A stretch of 63,925 nucleotides of DNA, filler included, from Reclinomonas americana ATCC 50394 (Eukaryota), in assembly GCA_048213135.1 (NCBI GenBank). It is 6 parts of 4 records of this genome, joined end to end, with 100 filler letters (N's around TTAATTAATTAA, not from the genome) between each part and the next. Parts side by side here need not be neighbours in the genome. Positions count along the whole stretch, not along the records: positions 47,253 to 58,494 come from PS015019.1; positions 58,595 to 62,383 come from PS015020.1; positions 62,484 to 63,925 come from PS015021.1; 3 more parts are not named here. One strand, given 5' to 3'. A program made the translations under genes and the position numbers. Positions 50,901 through 62,968 of the stretch are shown piece by piece. The notes under the pieces were generated by a model, which saw only the letters and a list, made by a program, of their open reading frames with translations, was not told the origin of the DNA and searched no databases. Numbering within the stretch: position 1 is the first letter of the stretch; every line of letters starts with the position of its first letter.

Positions 50901-53900
50901 TTGTCAGAAAAAATGGTGCATCTACAGCAGCACCGGCACGCACGCACCGACTGACACTTGACCAAGATGAGTTGCGCCACTCAACGCATTATCGTCGTTG
51001 CCACACAACCATCGTCGGCCAGCAGCCTCGCTCGTGAGTACATCAAATGAGGCCACCAATGTCGATGAACTCAGAGTCGCTAGTGACGTTGAGAGAACGT
51101 CGCTTGCGAGCAACGTGTGGCGGCCATCACTGCCCTGCTGCTGTTGCCGCTCCGAGCACGGCACCGAAGACAGTACCACGGATGCAAAAGGCAGCAAGTT
51201 GCAGCCTCGGACAGTGAAAGTGGCTTCGTTGCCCGCGACAAGAATGTGCGGCGACACAAAGACTCCTCTCGGTGCTGTGTATACATGTGTGTTGTTGAGC
51301 GAAAAAGAATGATTTGCTGCAGGCGCAAAAAGACAATGCACCGTTGCCGGGATCACCGATTGTACGAAGCACGGACGATCCCTACAAACACGCGAGAGAA
51401 AAGAACAGCATGTGAGTGTACGTCGAGAAGCAGAAAACCACGGGCGCTTTTGCAGGTCGTCGCAACTGTTGCCGAGAGCAGAATGCCACGGAAACGATCG
51501 TACACCATTCCCACAGTGTCCGGCAGCAGAGAGATCAGTGGCGTGGAGGAACCTGATATTACAAGGATCGAGCGTGAGTGTCAAAAACATTACAAAGTCA
51601 CCACCCGAGTACGCTCACCATCGGGTGATATCTGGCGCAATGTGGCGGCAACCTGGCGACAGCAATAAGAAACACGGAAGATACGTTAACCTTCAAGTGA
51701 AGACACGCACCAAGTCAAGCACAAGCACTGATTCCGCTGGTCCCTCTGTCAGTTGATGCACCGACAATGGCAACGACGAGTGTTTGTTGGCCGTGGAAAC
51801 TTGCACGACGCGCATGGTGCTGGGCGTCGAGGCATCTGGTGGAGAGATGAAGTCAAGAACAAGAGAATCAGCAGTCAGTTGTACACACACGCGAGCGAAC
51901 CGTGTGATGATGACAAGGCTGTGTGCTTGAGTTCGTGACTCTGTCTGTCAAAAAAGATGACCCGCTTCTCACAGGTCACCGCTACGTGCTCCGGTGAGTG
52001 TTGAGACAGCCACGAGCGCACATGGTCGCCTTCAATCAGTCGCAATCGGCGATTATCCTGCATGAGCAAACAGGGCAGTGAGCGATCCACACACAGACAG
52101 TGCCGACTGCACAGAGACCCCAGCGTACCGTATCAACCACGAGGATCGTCGAGTCTATCACGGCAACTTCGCTGGGCGTGCGGAAGCTCGCCACCTCCAG
52201 TGGACCGTCGTAGTCGCCGGGACGATCGCGGTGTCCAGCAACGGTACTCGTGTCGCCACGCGCAGACACACGACGAATGGCGTGGTTGCCGCTATCGGCA
52301 ACAAGCAGGCTGCGAGAGGCGCTGTCGAACGCCATACCACGGGGACTATCAAAGAGAGCGTCTCTGGGGTTTCCATCTGCATGACCACGACGACCTCCAC
52401 CCGCCAGCACGGAGATGGATCCGTTGCCGCGAATGACTGCGATGCGATGGAGGCCGGTTTGCGCGACAAAAATGTCGGCACTGCGCTCATCCAGTGCCAT
52501 CGGTCCATCCGCGGGTTGCGCGAGAGAGACTTCGCACACTGAAGGCATTCCTGCGCAAGGGAGAGAAAGTGGGTCGACCTATCGTGAACTCATCGCACAC
52601 AGAGTCAAAACGTACCAATGGCAATAAACGTCACCAGCTCCACGTGATCCTTGTCGCCGTCCCACTCCGCACACACCGCATGAGTTCCCTCACGCACATG
52701 TTGCGTGTCTAGCGACAGCACCAGCTCTGTCGATGTTGCCAGTTGCACGGAGATGTCACCGCGCATACGCGTATCGCATCGATAACTCGTCGAGAGGAAC
52801 GCAGCAGATGGCGCAACCAGGCCTTCGCCGCGAATAGTTACTTGGCCAACCGCGTGCCGGGGCATTGCGGTCGTGCGCAACGTAGCCAGACGATCTGCGC
52901 GGAGACCGCGAATGGCGTGAGATGGGAAGAAACACAAAATAACATTGTCATTTCTTGGCGCTCTTACGCAACAGAGTGAAACGGTGGACACCAACTCCAA
53001 CGGTAGTCGTTCATGCCAGCGAGTGCACAGGGAATATCTGCCGGAACGAAGAGTGCCAGCAGCCGGCAAGTGGAAGAGCCGGGAACGTCCATCCAGACCC
53101 ACATCGCCGACATTGAGCACGAGGGTCGAGTTCGCCTCGCTGACGGTGTCCTCCGCTTCTTCGCAACTTGGTGCCATGGTGAGCACGGCCGTCAGGTGCT
53201 CGCTCGTGAGACCACAGCCGACAAGTGTCAACGTGTGGCCGGCATCAGTGGTGCTCGACAGTGCGATTGTACGGGGATACGCCACGAGCACATGGCCTGC
53301 TCAGCACTCAAGTGTGAGAAGACCGCGCGAGAAAAAAGCTTTGGCAAGAGGAGACGGAATACAAACCCGGAGACACCATGCGAACATTGCTGGAACCCTG
53401 TGCGTAGCCGAGGTGAGTGCGCTCACTACAGGGGGAAAATTGCAGCAGTGCAGCACACTTCTCTCCAACGCACCTCGTGAGCCAAAAAGTATGCAACTCC
53501 GCGTGACGAACGAGATACCGACGTGACGTTGTTGGTCACCAACGTGTGGTGCGCGAGCACGTTGAGAACGCTGGTGATGGAGGTGGTTGTGACGTGCGTC
53601 GAGAGCGAGTCTCCAGCAAATGGCAGCACGTTTCCTGCACCGAAAAGCACAAGACGTGAGCATCTTCCATCGCCTTCACGCATGCACGAGTCACATACTG
53701 ACCTTGCGGCGTAAACATGCGGAGCTGTGAGCTGCTGGCGTCGACCAGGAGCACGCCGAGAGAAGGCACCGACTGGAACACAATGCTGGCGGGCGCCTGC
53801 AGCATTCCGTGCAAGCAATGCGCCGACGCTCCGTTCGTCACATCGCACCGACGTGCGAGAGTGATGACAGCACCTGCACATCACACATTCGTGGGAGGAG

Positions 53901-56900
53901 GAACGACAGCGTGTGACAGTGCCGCACCAAACCACACGCACCAGCTCGATTGATCTGCCGCAGCGCATCGTTGCCAGTGTCTGCAACTAGAATGACGTCG
54001 GCCGTCCCGTCGACTTGGACGTCGCTCGGCAAGTTGAACAGTGCGGTGGAATAGGGCCCATCGAGAAATCCGGGGATGCCCGTGCCCGCCATCGTTGACG
54101 TTACGCCGCGATTGGATCCATGCAGACGAACACGACGGACCATGTGATTACCACGGTCGGCCACGAACAGCTCGCTCCCATCGCTCGACAGTGCCAGGCC
54201 AGCAGGGTCGGAGAAGGACGCCGCGGCACCGGTGCCGTCATTGGATCCACGATCTCCGCTGCCGCTAAGCACCTCCACTTGACCTGCGCAAAAAATGAAT
54301 ACGCATTTTTCCGCAACCACAGAAGCATGCCGGGACGAACCATCGGCAAGACGAACGGAATACACCGCATGGTGGCTGCGGTCGGAAAAGTACAACGTGT
54401 CCTGGTCGTCCATGGCCATATGTGCTGGTCTGTACAAGGGAGCTTGATCGTCCTCTGCACTTCCCACCAGCGGAATTGCGTGGCCTAGCGAAAAGATCGA
54501 TTCCTATTTAGGCACCAGGTGTGTCTGGTTCGCATGGAAAGTCAGTCTCACCAGAGGAAGCAATGCGCCATATCCGACCCGACACCGAGTCAGAGACCAA
54601 AACGTCGCCAGAGCGAGTCTGGCGCACAGCAGAGACACTGGCGAGTGGAACTCGAACTGGCTGCTCTGCTCCGATGACGGAACATGTGTGATACGTGGCT
54701 ACCAAGAAGAAAAAGGCACACCACCAAGCAGTGAGTTGCATGTTCGCCACCAGACAGTCGGACTGATGCACACGCACCAACGAGCACTGTGGAGACCCAC
54801 TTGTAATCGTCCGCAGGGCCTCCGAGTCTCGCGCACAGTTCATAGGCACCCTCGCGGACTCCCGGGGGCAAATCGAGTCGCAGGATCACCCGCTCCTCGC
54901 CCAGATACGAGGCCACCGTCAGTGACGAGCCCGGCAGAGGCAGCGCCAGAGACGGATGACACACTCCTGCTGTGATCCACAGCGCTTGAGAATCGCGCGA
55001 CAGATCCGGCAAGTGTGTGCCCGACAAGAGCAGTGGCTGCGATGATAACGGGGCCACCACTGAAGGAGCCACAGATGCAACATGCGCCAAGGTCGACACT
55101 GCGAGAATCGCGGACATGAGCAACCGACTGGCATCAGCATCGGTGAGAGAGAGACTGAGCGTACAAACCGAGGTCAATCATGCCGACAAACGTGTACGAG
55201 TCCGACCGTGCACCCCATCTCAAACAGAGCGCAAAGCGGCGACTGCGGCGGATGCTGCCGTCCCAGCCGAGCATCGACGATGAGAACCAAGCGTCGACTT
55301 GGATATCGTTCTCTGAAGATGACAGGGTGCGGAAGTTCCATGGTGGACGCGCTGATGACGACGAGACGGTGTTCGCCTGAACGACACACGTGTGGTCCGT
55401 GTGCACCGTGAGCGCTTGTCCGGCCTTTTCTCCAAACTGCAGCGAGCCGAGACCGGCACCGACAATTGTTAGGCGCTGTAGCCGCTGCACCTCCAGGAGT
55501 GTTGGTCTCACTTCGACAATGTTGGCTGCGCCCGTCACACACAGAGAGAAAGAAAGAAAAAACAACAACTGTGAGCGAATGGCACCGGCTCGGCCAAGAG
55601 CTGTGCGTGAAGCATCGGCGTACCGACAGTGAGCGTGCCAACGTCGATGGCAGACTCATGCTCCCAGTCTAGGCAGACGTGGTATGTGGAGCCGGCGGTC
55701 GCCGTCGCCGCCGCCAAGTAAACTGTCAGCTCCAGTGTGTGCTCCTGCATGGCAGTCACCTTGGCGGGTACGACGCCGACAGTGTCGGTCCACGCACTCT
55801 GACATGCACCCCGCGCGAGAGCCGCTCGAGTAGGGCTCCCGCGGAGTGCACCGCACGACGACAATCGAATCGTCTGGGGACCATCGCCAGTGCCGAGAAC
55901 AGGGGGCGAAGCGATGTCCAGTAGGCCTGCCAGCGAGATCGAATGAGTGACAATAGCCAAATGGAGGGTAATTGCTTGACTCGAGCGGGAAACACACACC
56001 ATGATGCGAGAGCATGTGCAACTGCTGTGTCGCAGTGGAGCTGACCAGCAGCCATGACAGGCTTCGAGCACCACCGGCGACGCTCCATGGCAGCAGCTGC
56101 ATCGTGTCTGCAATTGACTCCATCGAGGGGTCGCGAGCTCCGTGAATAAGTAGGCGACGACTGGCCGCCTCCTGCGTTTCGCTGTGGCGTATTTGCGGTG
56201 CCGGGCCGAGCTGCAAGACGAGCGACGATCCCTCCAGCACTAATCTAGCGTCGCTGATCTCGGCAGGGAGCATTGGTGGACTTCCGTCACACGCAACCGA
56301 CTCCGCCGCCGCCGACTGAATCGATGCCTGTGTCCTACCGTCATCATCGATTACCACCAGAACACGTGCACCCTCTGCCGTGGTCTCCAGGAAGAGCTGT
56401 TGCACGTTTCGCAGCGGACGTGGGAACAGAACGATATCCGTTCCGTGCACTGTCCACCGTGGTGCTGCCCCCGTCGACTCCAAGTGCATCGTGTGCACCA
56501 CGTGCTCCTTCGCGTCGACCACGAACAGGGTGCCGGTCGACGAAAAGGCCAGCAAGGAAGGCTGCGACAGAGCACTCTGCTCGCTGTACAAGACAAAGGC
56601 TGCGTGTATGTTGACAACAAGTGAGCAAAACAGAGTGCAGAACGCGAGGCAGAGAGCAACAGAGTTGTCTTGTGGTCGACGGCACCTGCTGCTCCATCCC
56701 GCTCAATCAGCCACACGATGCCGACAGAGGCTTCGCTCACGAATACCGTCGACGATGTGTCGTCGACTGCCACCCCTGTGGCGCGCAGGGACCGACCGTG
56801 CACACGCACTTCGGTGGTCGACGCACTGCCCGCTCGGAGGGCGTACACGGGGCCATCTAGGGCGCTCACAAAGGCATCGCCAGTGGAACGCGATACAGCC

Positions 56901-57558
56901 ATTTGTGCAACTCGTATCGGCGGCACGCCGGTGAGTGCACACAGATGCAGGCTCGACACGATTTCTGCGCACGCACGAGCCAGCGATAAGTGATCGAGAT
57001 GCGCCAGCCATCGCCAGGCACCGTAGAGACGCAACCAAAAACGCCCAAAGGCCGTCGCCTTGCATCGCACACTGCATACACAGCGTTCTCGCGTAGCGCC
57101 TGTGCATCGACAATCACTCGCCACCTGGGCTTCCTGCTGCCAGCACCGCATAGTGACGGCGCAGGCGGCATTCGCCACGCCTGCACTGACGCCGTGGACT
57201 CAGCCTCTCCACATCTCCCCACCAGAGCCACGTGGAACGGCGCATGTGCATCGTCGTCGCCAGCGACATCGTCAAGCAGCATCGACTGTCCTGTTCTGGC
57301 CATGATCCACCCAGGCGATGCTGATGATTACACGAACATGTGAGTTTGGCGTGGGAGAGAGAGAGTGTGTGTGTGTGTGGGGAAAGGAGGCGAGAGTGGT
57401 GGGAATGGGAGAGAAAAGGTGTGCGCACCTCGTGGTGGCCAAGCAGCAGGAACCTGCTGCTGCAGTTGCGACGTGGTACTCAGTGCACATTCGATGAGCA
57501 CCACCACGGTGGCAAGAGCAATGGCGAGAGCGACAAAGCGCGCTCTCGGTAACCGCAT
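38909..57558 (-). CDS. Giant polycystin-1-like receptor (signal peptide, NHL propellers, IPT/TIG-like domains, REJ-like region, GAIN/GPS, about 7 TM, long disordered loop)
   Basis: Signal MRLPRARFVALAIALATVVVL; NHL repeats at about 52130-52550 and 53950-54480; GPS CAFWNPRIRQWDADGC...CQCDHLSVFAA at 46872-46989; EHLWLIVFWPP; FFANAI; C-terminal EAFFLEPAMFLL..*. Spans a gap and one linker, so single-gene status is inferred. Confidence 0.78.
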
Positions 57559-58235
57559 TCGTCTGCGGGTGAGGCGAGCGCCCAACAACCACACTTGCTG
57601 CTGCTCTCAACGTGGGAAACAGCCCTGCGCTGCAGCACGACGTCTGTGCGTGGATGTGCGCGTGTGTGTGTTCGCGGTACGGCTCTTCACCCTCTCACAC
57701 ACAGTGTGTTGCGATTTTTTCTGGACGAAGATGACCGTTGCATGCTTTCGCGCCTATTCGCGATTTTCACCAAGTCGAGAAAAGAACAACTGCCGGTTCA
57801 AACGCATGCTGTGATGCTGCAAAGTGCAAAGGAGAGGGTCGCCTGCGAGGGTGTAATCGCAGGCTCTTCCCGAGCATGATTTACACGGTGCACTGTGTGT
57901 GCGCGCGCAGCGCGGGCGAATTCGAATTCGCGATCGCTGCGAACACGAAAGAATATCAACGGTGACAGAGGCTGTTTCCCACAGCACAAGCAAGCAAGCA
58001 AGCACCTTGCTATACTTCGGCATCACTGAATAAGGCAAGCGCAGCGCAGCGCTGGCGAACTCGATCGATAAATGTGCTGAGATATATTGAAATGCCCTCC
58101 AGTACACATGCAATGTCGCACTCACAGGCCATGCCCCTCACACACGCACAAGGGAACACTCTGCAACTCGCTGCAGCTGGCCACAAGCGGCCTCAAATTC
58201 GTTGTGCATGCAAAATTTCACGACTCTCTCCACTC

Positions 58236-58494
58236 ATGTGCGATCGGAGGAGAAGACGAGGTACTCTCACACCACTGTTCCTCTCTCTGCTTCTCGCCGT
58301 CGCACTCTCGCGTTGCGTCGCGACAGAGGAAACAACAGCAAGTCACTCGCCCTCTGTCACTCTCGCCGACACGACCGACACGACGTACATTGTCGACAGC
58401 AAGCGCGAGAACAATGATGGCTTTGAGGATGTGCTGCTAAAGCCCATAATGCAGCGAAGAATTCAGGGCTTCAAGTCGGTCATTGAGGATCCGG
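58236..58494 (+). CDS. N-terminus of a secreted or membrane protein, truncated by linker
   Basis: MCDRRRRRGTLTPLFLSLLLAVALSRCVA signal-peptide-like start; frame open to the linker. Confidence 0.45.
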
Positions 58495-58649
58495 NNNNNN
58501 NNNNNNNNNNNNNNNNNNNNNNNNNNNNNNNNNNNNNNTTAATTAATTAANNNNNNNNNNNNNNNNNNNNNNNNNNNNNNNNNNNNNNNNNNNNAAGAGC
58601 AAGGGAGGAAGGGAGCAAAGACAGAGACGAGGGTCGGAGAACGACTGGA

Positions 58650-58896
58650 GGCCTGATTGGATTCAACCCTCTCTCTGATTGCGGAAAATATTCACCCTGC
58701 AAAGACACCCCCCTCTCTCTCTCCATCCCTCCCTCCATTCCTCCTCACGCACCGACAGATTGCTCTCCTGCCACCGATTCAGCGCATCCAAAAAGAACGA
58801 CGAGTGATCACCCGAGTGCGGCGTGCGCTCCACCAGCTGTCCCGGCCGCACAATGTTCACATTCACCTTGGCCATGCTCCGCCGCAACGGCTTAAA
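58650..58896 (-). CDS. Internal exons of an unidentified gene
   Basis: Exons FKPLRRSMAKVNVNIVRPGQLVERTPHSGDHSSFFLDALNRWQESNLS|GEYFPQSERGLNPIRPP flanked by CAG acceptors and GT donors. Confidence 0.4.
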
Positions 58897-59305
58897 CTGC
58901 ACACACACACACAGAGATAGTGAGTGTCCCTTGTGTGTGCGCGCGCATGTGCACATTCACATCACCAACACACACACAAAAAAAGTGACACAGATTCCGC
59001 GTTTCTTTCCCCTGCCGCACAGTGCATGCTTCTGCCTGCTTGCCATGGAATGCATACCTTGAAACCGTGCGCGCTCGATGCCATGGTTGCGTGATCGCGC
59101 GTGGACAGTCGCGCTCGCGTCGCACGCAACTGTCCGTTTCCGGTGNNNNNNNNNNNNNNNNNNNNNNNNNNNNNNNNNNNNNNNNAGAGCGAGGTGGGGG
59201 AGAGCGCACAACCCACACTTTGTAAGCGAAAGAGGAGAGTGTGCTGACTGACTGTTCGTTTGTGCTGCGATCACACAGTGTGTGTCTGTGCAAGAGAGAG
59301 TGGAC

Positions 59306-60155
59306 ATGTCGTCGCAGGAAGACCCGGCGAGTGCCAAGAAAGGGCGTTTTCTCTTGCAACGCGTCTTCTTCATTCTTGGTGCGTGTGTGTGTAACGCACA
59401 CACACACACACTGAAAGAGCGCAACACTCACACTTACTCACTTCTCTCACGCAGGTGGACCGGGTGCAGGCAAAGGTCATATCGCAAGCAATGCAAGTGC
59501 ATTGCAGCAGTTGTGCAGCTCTCCTCACTTTTCTTATGCACAGGCACGCAATGCACGCGACTTGCGACACTGTATCCCGACCGTTTTGTGCATCTGAGCG
59601 CGGGAGATTTGCTGCGGGAGGCGTGTCGTCGCGGGGATGCGCGCTCCGATATGATCAATGAGTACATTCGCAATGGGGCGATTGTGCCGTGGCAGGTCAC
59701 CATCTCGTTGTTGGAGGAGGCCATGGCGCCGTATGTGCGCGAGCAGGGCGATGTGGGANNNNNNNNNNNNNNNNNNNNNNNNNNNNNNNNNNNNNNNNNN
59801 NNNNNNNNNNNNNNNNNNNNNNNNNNNNNNNNNNNNNNNNNNNNNNNNNNNNNNNNNNNNNNNNNNNNNNNNNNNNNNNNNNNNNNNNNNNNNNNNNNNN
59901 NNNNNNNNNNNNNNNNNNNNNNNNNNNNNNNNNNNNNNNNNNNNNNNNNNNNNNNNNNNNNNNNNNNNNNNNNNNNNNNNNNNNNNNNNNNNNNNNNNNN
60001 NNNNNNNNNNNNNNNNNNNNNNNNNNNNNNNNNNNNNNNNNNNNNNNNNNNNNNNNNNNNNNNNNNNNNNNNNNNNNNNNNNNNNNNNNNNNNNNNNNNN
60101 NNNNNNNNNNNNNNNNNNNNNNNNNNNNNNNNNNNNNNNNNNNNNNNNNNNNNNN

Positions 60156-60216
<61 letters not shown>

Positions 60217-61057
60217 GGAGAGAGAGAGTTCAAAAGAGAAAGGGAGAAGACAGCGGGCGAGGGATGCTTTGGGGCTCACACAGAAGAGGATGGATCGGGA
60301 AAGAGTGGGGAGATTTGCTGAGAGCTGGAGAGGCTGCAAGATGAGAATAAGCGAGAGAGAGACAGACAGAGGGCCTGTGTGCATGTGTGAGTCAAGGAGC
60401 GGGGTAAGGAAACGAAAGATCGCACTGAGGAGAGGAAGGCGAAGGGTGGACCGAGAACGAGCGAGATCTGCAGACGGGTGCAAAGAGAGAGAGAGAGTGT
60501 GTATGTATGTATGTGTGTGTGCGCGTGTGTGTGAGAGAGAGAGCAAATAAGAGACTACAGACTGAGGATTGCTATGTGCGTGTGTCGAGTGTGCGGAAAT
60601 GACTGAGATAGTATGCATTCTGGTTTCTCTCTGCCCACTGCTTGCTCTCTCTCGTTCTCTGTTGCACTCGACCTGGTCAGCGTTATTGCCCACACTCCCA
60701 CTTTCTCATGTTCGTGGCCATGCAGGTGACAAGGGCACAAGCATGCTTGTACTTTGTGTGCTCGGACGAGGAACTGGTGAAGCGGTTGCTGGAGCGTGGC
60801 AAGTCGAGTGGGTGAGTTTATGTTTGCGATGAGATGCATCTCCCCTTGTGCCTCGCTGACTGACTTTGTGTTGGTTGTTCTCCCACAGGCGCGTCGATGA
60901 CAACGCCGAATCGATCGCGAAACGCCTCAAGACCTTCCACGAGCTGACAATACCCGTCATCCGACACTTCGAGTCAGGCACGCGGCTGATCCTCATCAAC
61001 TCGGAGCGTTCACGAGACGAGGTGGCAGCCGACGTCGAAGCTGCTCTGCTCGGATGA
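59306..61057 (+). CDS. UMP-CMP kinase (adenylate kinase family), middle exon(s) in gap
   Basis: VFFILG|GPGAGK|GTQC...FVHLSAGDLLR...IRNGAIVP...KRLLERGKSSG|RVDDNAESIAKRLKTF. Confidence 0.95.
60158..60204. repeat. (GA)n microsatellite; similar tracts at about 61666-61722 and GA-rich 61800-62075, (GT)n at 11950-11997 and 38649-38677
   Basis: Directly visible dinucleotide runs in introns and intergenic DNA. Confidence 0.95.
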
Positions 61058-61281
61058 AGTGGATTGGAGAAAGTGAGAGAGAGTACCCCCAGTGGCTGTT
61101 TACCAGCTACGACCCCGCTGACCAACACGCAGCGAGAACCACCAACTTTTGTACAACATACAACAACACAGCATCGATAGCGAAAAAGAGAAAAAAAGAT
61201 AGATCACTTATAAAGCAACATGGTGGACGTTTTTGATTGATCCGTCCCTTGTCCGCCTCCTTAGTTTTCGTTGTGTATCGC

Positions 61282-61659
61282 ATGAGTGAGCCAGGTGAGG
61301 GTGCGTGCATGTGTATGTATCTCTCTCTCTCTCTCTCTCTGTAACTCACTCACTCGCTCTTGAACGAGACAGACCAGGTGTTGGGTGCGGCCAGGCGCAA
61401 GGACTATGAGAGCATGCGCATTCTGCTGAGACGCGGAGACCGAGTGGACGCAGTGGACAGGTGAAGCACACACATTCATTCTCTCTCTCTCTCTTCTCTC
61501 TCATTGTCAGACTGATTTCGATGATCGACAACAGTCAGCATCAAACGGCGCTCTTTTACTGTATTTTGCATGATTTTCCCGTGGATGTGGCGCAGCTGTT
61601 TGTGGAGCGCGGTGGTGATCCGCATCATGTGCAGAATGTGGGAGGAAATGTGTTGCATG
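61282..61659 (+). CDS. Ankyrin-repeat protein, 5' part
   Basis: AARRKDYESMRILLRRGDRVDAVD..., QTALFYCI...VAQLFVERGGDPH...GGNVLH. Confidence 0.65.
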
Positions 61660-61665
61660 GTGAGT

Positions 61666-61725
<60 letters not shown>

Positions 61726-62571
61726 CAGAGACTGGGAGAGAGAACAGACACCAGTGGGTAGGCAAGTAAGAGAAGCTTCCAGGATGGAGAAATGAGCAAG
61801 AGAGAAAGCGACAGAGAGAGAGAGAGAGAAAGCGACAGAGAGAGAAAGAGACTGCGACAGAGAGAGAAAGAGAGAGAGCACGAGAGAGCACGAGAGAGAG
61901 AGAGAGAGAGAGAAGAAAACACAGGCCAGTATAGGAGAGAATAGGCAGCAGTGGGTAACCGAGAAAGCGAGGCAGGCAAGAGAAACGTCCAGGCTTCAAG
62001 TCGCGACTTGAGAGACTGACAGTGAGAGAGAGAAAGAGAGAAAGAGAAAGCACGAGAGAGAGAGAGAGAGAGAGAACACAGGCGAGTGTGGGAGTGAATA
62101 GGCACCAGTGGGGAACTGAGAAAGCAGGTAGGAGAACGCAAGTCGCACCATTGACAAGTGTAGAGAATGAGGCGTGTGAGGGAAGAGAGAAAGTGAGGCA
62201 AAAGTCACAGGATGTGAGAGCGTGCCAGAGTCCAAGTCGCAACGCACGGAAGAGAGATGAGAGAGAAAGAAGTCACCGGAAAGAGAGCCAATGCCGAGAG
62301 TGAATTGATCCTAGGTCGGCATCATGAGTGGACGAGATAAGATAGTGATCAACAGGTGGCCATCTATTGTTCTCTGTGTTGCTNNNNNNNNNNNNNNNNN
62401 NNNNNNNNNNNNNNNNNNNNNNNNNNNTTAATTAATTAANNNNNNNNNNNNNNNNNNNNNNNNNNNNNNNNNNNNNNNNNNNNCTCTCTCTTTCACTCCT
62501 TCCCTTCCCCTACACTCCCTCCCTCCCTCTCACATTTCCTTCCCTTTCTCACTTTTTCTTCCCCCCTGCAG

Positions 62572-62968
62572 GCACTGACTGTTGCCGACGTCGCCGCGGT
62601 GATTTCGAACGTCCTCGGCCGCCGCATCACGTTCACGAATGTGACACCCGATGAGCGCCGCCGCTCGCTCCTGTCCCACCACGTGCCCGACTGGGCGGTG
62701 ACGGTTTGTGTTGGCGCGTCTCTCATCGCACCTGCCGAATCTCACTGCCTGTACACAGGATATCTGCGAACTGGAGGGCCTGCAACGCCAGGGCTACATG
62801 AAGAACGTCACCAACACTGTCCAAGTTGCGCCTTGTGTCGGAAGTGGATTACTTGTATTTTCGCTCTTGTTCCTCACTCCCCCTGTCTTGCAACAGGAGG
62901 TGCTGGGCCGCCCGGCTACGAGCTTCCGTGCCAACGCCGCTCATTTGGCGTCGGCGTGGCGCAACTAA
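62572..62968 (+). CDS. NmrA-like/atypical SDR NAD(P)-binding protein, C-terminal part
   Basis: ALTVADVAAVISNVLGRRITFTNVTPDE...|...VTNTVQ|EVLGRPATSFRA..*. Confidence 0.78.

Noticed and set aside
61666-62100. GA-rich repeats with spacers as a CRISPR-like array
   Set aside because: Simple microsatellite expansion with local duplication in a eukaryotic intron; no constant repeat-spacer period and no cas genes
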